Origin: Candidatus Heimdallarchaeota archaeon
GTDB taxonomy: Archaea; Asgardarchaeota; Heimdallarchaeia; Heimdallarchaeales; Heimdallarchaeaceae
Direction: 5' to 3'
Assembly (NCBI GenBank): GCA_030668875.1
Contig: DAOVER010000014.1
Location: 30,001-62,000, forward strand
Length of the DNA stretch: 32,000 nt
The first letter of the stretch is position 1. The number at the start of each line of letters is the position of its first letter. The notes below the pieces were generated by a model. The model saw only the letters and a program-made list of their open reading frames with translations. It did not search any database and had not been told where the DNA came from. Position numbers and translations under genes: made by a program. Positions 17,593 through 25,861 of this stretch are shown here, in pieces.

Positions 17593-17664
17593 ATGATGAA
17601 ACAAGTATATGACCCCGAACCTGGCGACGATGATATAGGACCACCATTGTGGTTTCCTAATTAA
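17593..17664 (+). CDS. small peptide ORF MMKQVYDPEPGDDDIGPPLWFPN (23 aa)
   Basis: GAGTGA SD 6 nt before the ATG, matching the SD spacing of rpl18e and rpl2. Locally GC-richer than its flanks and followed directly by a T8 run. Confidence 0.55.
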   Translation: MMKQVYDPEPGDDDIGPPLWFPN

Positions 17665-17825
17665 TTTTTTTTCTTAATCTATTTTTGATAGATAGTTTAT
17701 ATCAAAGATTCCTAATTATTTATTACCCTAGTTTATATATGAAATGTCGGATTAATTTATAGATAACTGTAGCACATGTGCATTGAAACAAAATAATTGT
17801 GTAATAAATCAGTTTTCAAGGAAGT

Positions 17826-19414
17826 TTGGTGAGTGTTGTGTTGGATCCTAATCTATGGAATAAAGTCAAATTAGTTAAAACAAAGGAAGATTTAAGATGT
17901 TTTATTGATGTCTTGAGAATTATTGCAGCTAATGAAAAATCAGAAGAAGTAAGAGAGCTCATTAATGAAACGATTAAGAAATCTCTAGAAATTGAGGATG
18001 GTATTTCTCGTATTCATCTGTACAAATTGGAAATAAAGCAGGTTTTTCATCAAATTACAGAATTACCTAAAGCTGAGAAAAAACTAAAAGAAATGAAAAA
18101 CAGTCAATTGAGCGAAATTACAAAGATGGTTTAATTCTTAGCCTTTCAATTGAATGGGGAATTGAAAAACTAAAGGGAAACAAGGAGGATAGTAAAAGAG
18201 CCATTACTCAATGCATGACTCTGTTAGAAAACAATAATGCACGCGATGAATATATCTATCATATTTGCAGATACATTTATGCAACTGAACAGTGGATAGA
18301 AGAACACAACTACCAATGTTCAAGCATCCTTGAGGAGCTTATTCCTTATTTTCATCGAAAAGGTTTCCACAGAAGCATTGCACAAATTCTAGGAATATTG
18401 TCAATTATATATCAACACACTCAAAATGAAGCAAAAGCAAGTTATATAAGCGAACAGTTATTTAGCAATAAATATCAAATTAATCAACAGTCTGATGATT
18501 TCCAAGTAATATCTTATTATTTGGCTGGTGTAGGGAAATTATTAGGTCACAATTTGAAACAAGCAGAGAATCTGTTTAATGAATCTTATGTCTTGTTAAA
18601 TAAACAACTACAGCAGAGTAGTTACTACTCTTATTATTACATTAGATTGTTATCGCATATGGCGACTGTTCAAGCTCTGCAAGGTAAAATTGCTCTTTCA
18701 TATGGAAATATTGGGAAAATTGAAAAATTACTTGAAGATGATTTCTTTTCAAAAAATATGGAACCATATAGCAAGAAACAAGTTCCACACTCTTTGAATT
18801 TAGTCAAATTCTATGTAAAATCGCGGTTTTATGGCTTTAAAACAGAGAACATTCAACAACTTATAGGACAGATATGTAGAGGAATTGAAGGTAATTATAG
18901 TGATTCAATCCTTCTCAGTGAATTCATTCTGAATGCAGAATTAAATAAAAAACTGCTAGAAAAACTAATTGAATCAAATAATGCAAGCTTACTACGAATT
19001 AAACACATCATAGAATATATGTTACTAAAATCACAGAACAATAATGAAGATGTTGTCGATTCTTATACAAATGCTCTGAATAGAAAATTGAAGACTAAAA
19101 GGATTACATTTATTGAACGAGCATTTGCTAAACTTCTACTTGCTCAAGAACTCTTTAATAGGTAAAAATATTCAGAAATCACCCCTCTATTGAAGAAATA
19201 CGAGAGCAGGCTACAGCGAATTGAAGTCTTGGAAATGCGGGTTTTTATGGAAGCTTTCATCCAAGTAGGAGCGTATAAGAACGGAGATCCTCTTGGTCCA
19301 GCTTTACAGTATATGGCAATAAAGAAATGTAGAGATTATGGGTTCTCTAGATTGGAAAACAAACTGCTAGATTACTTACAACTACAGCGAAAGGAGATTA
19401 CAAGAACAATATAG
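17826..19414 (+). pseudogene. disrupted ~530-codon alpha-helical repeat (TPR-like) protein gene
   Basis: ORF 17826-18134 overlaps a -1 frame that is open from 18077 (…ERNYKDGLILSLSIEWGIEKLKG…) and continues into ORF 18215-19165. A single TAA at 19163-19165 is followed in the same frame by KYSEITPLLKKYE…GDPLGPALQYMAIKKCR… up to 19414. Confidence 0.75.
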
Positions 19415-19434
19415 AACTCAGGTGAGGGGTTCTT

Positions 19435-19539
19435 ATGCTATTTGGAGGTTTTTTGTTTGTCAAAACTCTTCAAGTTACACTGAAATTTTTCTTGAATTGG
19501 TTAGACCTTAGCAGAGTGAGTATAGACACCTTGCGATGA
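19435..19539 (+). CDS. small hydrophobic ORF MLFGGFLFVKTLQVTLKFFLNWLDLSRVSIDTLR, possibly a remnant of a membrane-protein gene
   Basis: Strong AGGTGAGG SD at 19420-19427, 7 nt before the ATG and directly after the helical-repeat gene. Confidence 0.35.
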   Translation: MLFGGFLFVKTLQVTLKFFLNWLDLSRVSIDTLR

Positions 19540-19666
19540 TCTCTAAGAAATACTCTCAACTAGCTCTTGTCTAAGGCGACAGGGGAACAACAACTCATCA
19601 TAAATCCTATAAATATAGCATTTAAATTTTCTTTGAGAATCGTCTAATAAATTCACTACAAGGTTA

Positions 19667-20104
19667 TTGTATTACAGAAGATTATCAGTCATGAAGAAAA
19701 GAGTTGTTATTATGGAGGCAAAATCTAAGCTAATAACATCGTATATTGCTAGTATTGTTAAGAAATACTTGCCGAAAAACGAGGAAATTATCCACAGCGG
19801 CTTATTCCTGTTGTCTACGAGAGAAGAACAATTAAAAATTCCAGATTGGTATTATAACGGATATTCAGTAATTTCAGAAACTGTATCCAGTTATCTCCAA
19901 ACTCTTTGCATTGATAAGGCTCTTACATTCACAAATGATGGAATGTACTTGTTTAGAGATGATCAAAATACAATTTCAAGTGAAGACATAGAAAAGGCTG
20001 TTTCTACTGTCAATAATATGCTACCTGATTATGAATCAGGAATAAAAATAGTAAAAGAAGCAAATAGAGAGTTTCAATTGAAACATATTGGCGCTGTAAG
20101 ATAA
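19667..20104 (+). CDS. hypothetical protein
   Basis: 145-codon ORF with ordinary protein composition. A downstream ATG (19691 or 19712) may be the true start. Convergent with the HD gene. Confidence 0.6.
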   Translation: MYYRRLSVMKKRVVIMEAKSKLITSYIASIVKKYLPKNEEIIHSGLFLLSTREEQLKIPDWYYNGYSVISETVSSYLQTLCIDKALTFTNDGMYLFRDDQNTISSEDIEKAVSTVNNMLPDYESGIKIVKEANREFQLKHIGAVR

Positions 20105-20108
20105 TCTC

Positions 20109-21485
20109 CTAGTATGATGTTAAGGAAACATCTCTTTCTTTATCTTCTTCGCTTGGTCGAATTTTTTTCCATATATCAGAGATGATTTTTGATTCATCTG
20201 GATGGGCATAGACTCTCACCAGCGTGAACAATGAACGATATGCTCTTGGGCCTGAGAACGTTGTAATGTATGTTGTTGTATTAAGGGCCTCATTTAATGT
20301 AAAAGAACTACTTCCTGAACGTATACGATCGTGAGGGTCATATATATAAATATTTGAAGCCTGAAATTCTTGTTCGTTTATAGTTGAGAGTTTGTATGTG
20401 GAATCTATCTTCATTTTGTTTTCAAGAGTGATGTTATTATCCTTACAGTGTTGGTTGATTCTCTTAATAAATGACTCTTGAGCGGTTAGATTACACAACC
20501 CTTCCACATTAATTCCTAGATTTTCAGCTGTAGATTCATCAATTATTTTTTCCCAAACCGATTTATAGAGCCGTCTATCGAACAAATCCTTGGCTAGTGA
20601 CTTTGCTTTCTTGAGTTCATCTGAATCCTTTGAAAAGAGTTCTCCAAGTAGTGTATATTCATTTAGATAAGTATATTCTGCTAAATCATTAGTTCTCTCT
20701 ATAAGATTCAGTGGATCACAGGCTTCTCCTAGCATCTCATGAATTGTAATATCAGCTGCTCTTGCTGTTTTATGAAAATAGACATTTTTGTATTCGAAAA
20801 ACCTACCAATCAGTGATGAGTAAATATCATCTAGACATTTCCAATTATAATGAATTGCATCTTTATCAAGATGTTTTCTGATTGTAGTGTTATTAATAAT
20901 CCTATTTACTGCAATTATTCCAAAATGCAATGTTCCTGCAAAAAATGAATCTCTTAACATAAAATCTAATCGATCAGCACCTAAAGCTCCTTGAAGTAAG
21001 GGATGTAAAAGATAGTTTTCACCATTCCAAACCTCCATTAGCTCTTTTGGATTCATGAATTCTTCAATAATCGGAAGAAGAAATTCTGACATGACCATTT
21101 TGTCACGGTGAACGTCGTGACCATGAGGTGCTTTTGGATATACTCTCTTAAAAACTACATCATCGTAAGTGTGGCTAAATGGACCATGACCTATATCGTG
21201 AAGTAATCCAGCTAAACGTGCTAACTGAACTTTTTCAACAACGTCATCGTCCTCTCTAAAAACTTCCTCCGCATAACGGCCAGCTAAGTGCATAACACCA
21301 ACACTGTGAGTAAATCTAGTATGAACGGCAGAAGGGTATACTTGACGAACTCCTGATAATTGGCTAATCCATCTTAATCTTTGAAAAATAGGTGTGTCAA
21401 CAATTTTATTTTCTAAGACGGTCATTCGTATTTCATCATAAATTGGGTCTCTAATTGTGCGAACGAAGTTTAGAACGTCCTTCAT
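20109..21485 (-). CDS. HD-domain phosphohydrolase, SAMHD1-like/COG1078 dNTP triphosphohydrolase family
   Basis: RDPIYDEI, VDTPIFQRLRWISQL, YPSAVHTRFTHSVGV, LLHDIGHGPFSH, GADRLDFMLRDS, VYFHKT. Confidence 0.9.
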   Translation of the reverse strand: MKDVLNFVRTIRDPIYDEIRMTVLENKIVDTPIFQRLRWISQLSGVRQVYPSAVHTRFTHSVGVMHLAGRYAEEVFREDDDVVEKVQLARLAGLLHDIGHGPFSHTYDDVVFKRVYPKAPHGHDVHRDKMVMSEFLLPIIEEFMNPKELMEVWNGENYLLHPLLQGALGADRLDFMLRDSFFAGTLHFGIIAVNRIINNTTIRKHLDKDAIHYNWKCLDDIYSSLIGRFFEYKNVYFHKTARAADITIHEMLGEACDPLNLIERTNDLAEYTYLNEYTLLGELFSKDSDELKKAKSLAKDLFDRRLYKSVWEKIIDESTAENLGINVEGLCNLTAQESFIKRINQHCKDNNITLENKMKIDSTYKLSTINEQEFQASNIYIYDPHDRIRSGSSSFTLNEALNTTTYITTFSGPRAYRSLFTLVRVYAHPDESKIISDIWKKIRPSEEDKERDVSLTSY

Positions 21486-21628
21486 ATCAATTCCTCTTTG
21501 TTTATCTATTTGATATTACAACCTTTTAATCTTTTTCCTCTTAACTAAATTCACGACAAAAAACATTTTAGGGCTTCTAATGGGAGAAAAGGCGTATAAT
21601 TTGTCCTTTTTTATTTGTAAAAAAACAG

Positions 21629-21705
21629 TGGTGGACCGACCGGGATTTGAACCCGGGGCCTCTTCGTTGCGAACGAAGCGATCTTCCAGACTGATCTACC
21701 GACCC
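21629..21705 (-). tRNA. tRNA-Ala(CGC), CCA encoded
   Basis: Acceptor GGGTCGG/TCGGTCC with the G3:U70 alanine determinant, anticodon arm CTTCG-TTCGCAA-CGAAG, T arm CCGGG-TTCAAAT-CCCGG. Confidence 0.96.
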
Positions 21706-21821
21706 AATCTTTTACATATTTTTTCTGTGATTGAACCTGAAACTTCAAGGTGTCTAACTATGGATTCTACTGTGGATCACTGTTTATCCTATAAGAAAAA
21801 GAAAAGATAAGGTAAGTAAAA

Positions 21822-22235
21822 CTAAGAAGCCGGTTTGACTCTCATGATTTTTCTTTTACCGATGGCATTCCAGTATTCAACTTCCGCCCCTTCTGTGAGT
21901 AATTTTTTCAGTTCCTCTTCACTTGGAAATGCAGCTTCGAATGTATCGTATGTTTCAAGATCCATTAATTGAACGCTATCATCCCCCATAGAGATAACTT
22001 GTGCGTTTCTTTTGTCAATAATTGGGGATTGTAATTTCGTATCGCCCGGAATAGAAATTTCAGTTTTACTACCAGTAAAAATGTTCTCAATCTTCATTCT
22101 GCACTTAGCATGTCCGTGTTTTCCTGTTTTTGATTTTTCGATTCCACGAACTAAATAAACCTCGTTGTTTTGAATTATATAGTTGCCTTCTTTAACCTGA
22201 CCAGCTTTAACTGGAGTAATATCTTGTTCTGACAT
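21822..22235 (-). CDS. eif5a: translation factor aIF5A/eIF5A
   Basis: Hypusine loop SKTGKHGHAK. GAGGAG SD upstream. Confidence 0.96.
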   Translation of the reverse strand: MSEQDITPVKAGQVKEGNYIIQNNEVYLVRGIEKSKTGKHGHAKCRMKIENIFTGSKTEISIPGDTKLQSPIIDKRNAQVISMGDDSVQLMDLETYDTFEAAFPSEEELKKLLTEGAEVEYWNAIGKRKIMRVKPAS

Positions 22236-22461
22236 GTTATTCTCCTCTTCTTTATTTAATTTTGGTAGCTGTTCGAAATATTGATTTTATACACTACACA
22301 TTAGGGAGTACCACATATAAGTGGTTGTTAATCATGTTTATTTCAATATTTTTAAAGGATTTTGGTTTTCTTCTATGAATAATATTGATTTATAAGGATT
22401 TTTTTAATTTAAATGGAACTAGCACATTAAGAAAAATTAAATTGAATAAAAAAAGATGTAG

Positions 22462-22905
22462 TCATCTTTGAGGTTTAGCTTTACGACCAGTTACTAACTG
22501 ACTAACCGCAATTCCATTAATATGTGTAACTTGCCATTTAACACCTGGAATGTCTCCCATAGCTCCCTTTTGAGCACCTCCAATACTGCATACAAGAACT
22601 TCATCATGTTCATCTATGTATAGAAGCCCTCCGTCATGAGGAACAAAAGCTCCAACCTGTTTGCCATTTTTAGTTAATCTTACTCTGACACATTTTCGTA
22701 ATGCAGAGTTTGGTTGCTTACTTTCTACACCGTATTTCTCTACAACGATTCCTCTTGCAGCGGGACTACCTTCGAGGGGATCTGTCTTCTTATCTAATCT
22801 TAACATTCTTCGTTTGTAATGAATATCTTTCCAGCGAAAATGCTTTCTCTTATTTGATAGTTTTCGAGCAGCAAATTCTCCTTTTGGACTCTTTGATCCA
22901 GTCAT
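22462..22905 (-). CDS. rps12: 30S ribosomal protein S12 (uS12)
   Basis: [36 protein letters not shown]. Confidence 0.97.
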   Translation of the reverse strand: MTGSKSPKGEFAARKLSNKRKHFRWKDIHYKRRMLRLDKKTDPLEGSPAARGIVVEKYGVESKQPNSALRKCVRVRLTKNGKQVGAFVPHDGGLLYIDEHDEVLVCSIGGAQKGAMGDIPGVKWQVTHINGIAVSQLVTGRKAKPQR

Positions 22906-23074
22906 TTTAAATCACGTATTTTATAGATTCTATTACCCTTAAATTATCTTAAAGCTATTAGTCAGTCATTCCTCATATGCTTTTAATAAAAACCTTCTGT
23001 TCTTTTACTACTACGTGACAAGAAAGAACATTGAGGAAAAAATAAGAAAGAAAAAATATGTGCAAAAAGACTTT

Positions 23075-25861
23075 CTAATCCTTTTTCTCTTTGCTAAATT
23101 CTCTGTAATTCGAGCTCATGGTTAAATCAACAATACCTGTTCCCAGAGCAATGGTTTGACCAACGATAACATTTTCTGTGATGCCTTCTAGAGGATCATA
23201 CTCACCTCGAATTGCAGCATCCAAAAGATGTTTTACAGTTACTTCAAAAGCAGCTCTTGCAAAAACCGAACTTTTCTTTCCAGAAACACCATGACGACCA
23301 ATTTGTAATATTTCACCAGTGTGAGTCATTAAATCAGCAACTAGCATTACGTGACGTTTATCGACATCCAATCCTTGTTCTTTCATAACAGATAGTGATT
23401 CTTTAACTAATGCATTTCTTGAAGCTTCAATACCAAGTGTTTCTGCAATTTGATTTATATCTGTTGTATAACATCTTGTAGGATCTACACCAGGAATACG
23501 AAGCAGTTCGCTGAAATTACTTCCTTCACTTTGCAAGAAATATTTTCCTTTTCTGTCTTTCATCACAACAACACGAGAGACGTTTTTTATCCCCTTTATT
23601 GGTATTTCACGAACTTTTTCAGCAAGCTTAGGTAAATCAGAAAATTTCAACTCTTTAAGGGGCGAGATAATAATTGTATTCGTTTCTTCTGGGTCAATTT
23701 CAACTTTACATTCTTTTCGTCGCAATTGTATTTTCTTAACAACTGTTTGAGGTTCAATTCCTTTATCTTTTAAGAGTATTTCATCTAATCTGATTCTTAT
23801 TGTTCCTTCTGAAAAACTATGAATGATACTTTGAGCAATTTTGTTGACAGTTGTAAGTTCGATTCTTCTAGAAACCTGTTTTGCTAATTCTTCCTCTTTC
23901 TCAGTGTGTTGGTCAAGATAGATTAACATTGTTGGAGTGCTTGGATTTTTTCTGGCATCGAGAATTTCAATAAGACGTGGTAATCCTCGTAAAACAGACA
24001 TCTCTGCAACACCCGAATAATGGAATGTTTGAAGAGTATTATGAGTGATTAATCCTTCTGCAGTCATAAATGTCTCTAACTCTGATACAGCGAAATCGTA
24101 AACATAATCTGTTGGAGAGTTAATAGCCTCAAGTTTTACTATTTCATCCCAGATAACATCACTATTATACACACGTTCTAAGATTTTGATTTTATCAGAG
24201 ATATCAATTTTCATTTCATTAGCTTTTTGCTTGAACATACCAATATATCTACCGCAGGTACGACGACCAATAAGCTGTTTCGTAGTAAATTTCTTTGTCA
24301 AGCGAGAGGGGATCTTAAGCAGTACTTGTAATTCATCAAATAGAGTGCCAATACCAGGAATCATATCTAATAAATCATATGTTATACCACCATTCGTTAT
24401 TCGTTCCTCTTCAATCTCTGCTAGTTTATAGAGTGCTTCTTTTTTATAGGGTATTTCAGCACCAATTAAATCTCTGAATTCTGGAGCATATCTTGCTGGA
24501 ATAGCAAGTGTATATTCTACATTCTTCTCTGATTTTGTTGTAAAAATCCCTAACCGGGATAAAAGAAGGCATATTCCATCCCTCAATCTTTTTGATTTTG
24601 AGCTAGCTCTAATCATTCCACGTTCAACACTAATGTTACCATCGCCATCAAAATATCCTCTAAGAATGCTACCAATAAAGTTAGGATTAGTGTTGAGTAT
24701 CCAAGTAGGAGCAAATTTTGTTTCAGAAGTCCTTCCACACATCCTTTCAAAGAGTTTTGAAAGAAGGGTTGAATGTAGGTGTGTTGTTATACTTGCTCCA
24801 TATTCACCTTCTTTTTCTGTAGTATGATGGTTTATTCCCAAGGATTCTGCATATTCAATAGCATGCTCTCTATATTCTTCAAATTTATTCGTAATAGCAA
24901 TAGTTGTACCTGTATTATTCCCTTCAGCCAAATATGCGCCAATAAACCAACCAAAAGTCTCATTAAGTTCAAATTTTTCTGGAATCTTTGTATGAGCACT
25001 GTGATGAACTTTGGGGTAAACATATCCAGACTCCAATGTTTCATCTTTATTAGTTTTTAAAGCTACCCTCAAACCATCTTCTTTCACTGGTACAGTATAC
25101 GATTTACCATATCCTTTATGACAATTAGTACCTAAAGAAGCTGCTATCGCAATTTCAGTGCCATACCAAACTTCGTTTTTAGGTAGATATTGTTCTAAAG
25201 ATAGAAAGGTCATTGGATTATGTGCTGGTAAAGATGCAACTACCGGAATTCTATCACCAATTCTCAAATCCCGTCCTTGAATAGGAACAATTTCATTACT
25301 TTTACGTATAACAAAGGAGTGTGCAAAAGTCGCGACTATTTTTCTCCCGCTTCGTGTTGCTATTTGAAGCAATTCACCATTAGGTAAGTGTCTGCTGACT
25401 TGTAATAATTTTTGCCAGTTAATTGTTTCATTTTTCCCTAATCCGGGAACATAAACTTCTATGTTAGGCGGAATATCACACACTATACTTTCGATATAGT
25501 CATCAAGCTCGTAAGCATCATGTTGTTCAATTAATTCATCAACAAACTCACCAATTTTAACAACATCTGTTTTATCACCAATTTTAACAACTACTAATTC
25601 GTTACCTGTTAAACTCATCTGTGTTCCCGGTTCTCCAATAGATTGGGCAGCGACTGTTCCTACCGCACTGCCCGGGTCTATTTGAGCAAACTCATAACTG
25701 TTAATAATTTCTGTAATTATCTCTTCAAGTTGATTTTTCCTTACTCTCTTACCCTTTAACTCCTTTCTTAACACTTCAACAATTGAATCTGGAACAAGTT
25801 TCTTCTTCAAAAATATATTCAAACGATTTTCAATTTGGTCTTTATCAAGTATTTGTGCCAT
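23075..25861 (-). CDS. rpoA2: DNA-directed RNA polymerase subunit A'' (Rpo1C), intein-containing precursor (928 aa; about 402 aa after splicing)
   Basis: N-extein ending AAQSIGEPGTQM, C-extein starting TLQTFHYSGV…GLPRLIE, DKRHVMLVAD, ARAAFE, ENVIVGQ. Confidence 0.97.
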   Translation of the reverse strand: MAQILDKDQIENRLNIFLKKKLVPDSIVEVLRKELKGKRVRKNQLEEIITEIINSYEFAQIDPGSAVGTVAAQSIGEPGTQMSLTGNELVVVKIGDKTDVVKIGEFVDELIEQHDAYELDDYIESIVCDIPPNIEVYVPGLGKNETINWQKLLQVSRHLPNGELLQIATRSGRKIVATFAHSFVIRKSNEIVPIQGRDLRIGDRIPVVASLPAHNPMTFLSLEQYLPKNEVWYGTEIAIAASLGTNCHKGYGKSYTVPVKEDGLRVALKTNKDETLESGYVYPKVHHSAHTKIPEKFELNETFGWFIGAYLAEGNNTGTTIAITNKFEEYREHAIEYAESLGINHHTTEKEGEYGASITTHLHSTLLSKLFERMCGRTSETKFAPTWILNTNPNFIGSILRGYFDGDGNISVERGMIRASSKSKRLRDGICLLLSRLGIFTTKSEKNVEYTLAIPARYAPEFRDLIGAEIPYKKEALYKLAEIEEERITNGGITYDLLDMIPGIGTLFDELQVLLKIPSRLTKKFTTKQLIGRRTCGRYIGMFKQKANEMKIDISDKIKILERVYNSDVIWDEIVKLEAINSPTDYVYDFAVSELETFMTAEGLITHNTLQTFHYSGVAEMSVLRGLPRLIEILDARKNPSTPTMLIYLDQHTEKEEELAKQVSRRIELTTVNKIAQSIIHSFSEGTIRIRLDEILLKDKGIEPQTVVKKIQLRRKECKVEIDPEETNTIIISPLKELKFSDLPKLAEKVREIPIKGIKNVSRVVVMKDRKGKYFLQSEGSNFSELLRIPGVDPTRCYTTDINQIAETLGIEASRNALVKESLSVMKEQGLDVDKRHVMLVADLMTHTGEILQIGRHGVSGKKSSVFARAAFEVTVKHLLDAAIRGEYDPLEGITENVIVGQTIALGTGIVDLTMSSNYREFSKEKKD
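24038..25615 (-). mobile_element. intein with LAGLIDADG homing endonuclease in rpoA2 (526 aa)
   Basis: Ser1 (SLTGNELV), block B ATFAH, LAGLIDADG-like motifs WFIGAYLAEGN and LRGYFDGDGN, block F VYDFAV, terminal His-Asn followed by Thr+1. Confidence 0.96.

Noticed and set aside
17586-17612. Alternative 8-codon ORF MNNDETSI overlapping the peptide ORF
   Set aside because: Its ATG overlaps the SD itself. The spacing favours ATG 17593.
18077-18134. Programmed -1 frameshift at G-AAA-AAC in the helical-repeat gene
   Set aside because: The slippery site is weak, no clear stimulatory structure was seen, and a second lesion (TAA at 19163) points to decay instead.
19163-19165. Recoded stop (selenocysteine or pyrrolysine)
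   Set aside because: The codon is TAA, not TGA or TAG.
15913-21705. Accessory block as an element integrated at the 3' end of tRNA-Ala
   Set aside because: No duplicate of the tRNA-Ala 3' end was found at a left boundary, and there is no integrase or transposase in the window.
22309-22326. ACCAC-ATATAA-GTGGT palindrome sharing a half-site with the repeat upstream of glyA
   Set aside because: Only 5 bp, with different spacing (6 versus 16 nt). Not enough to claim a shared operator.
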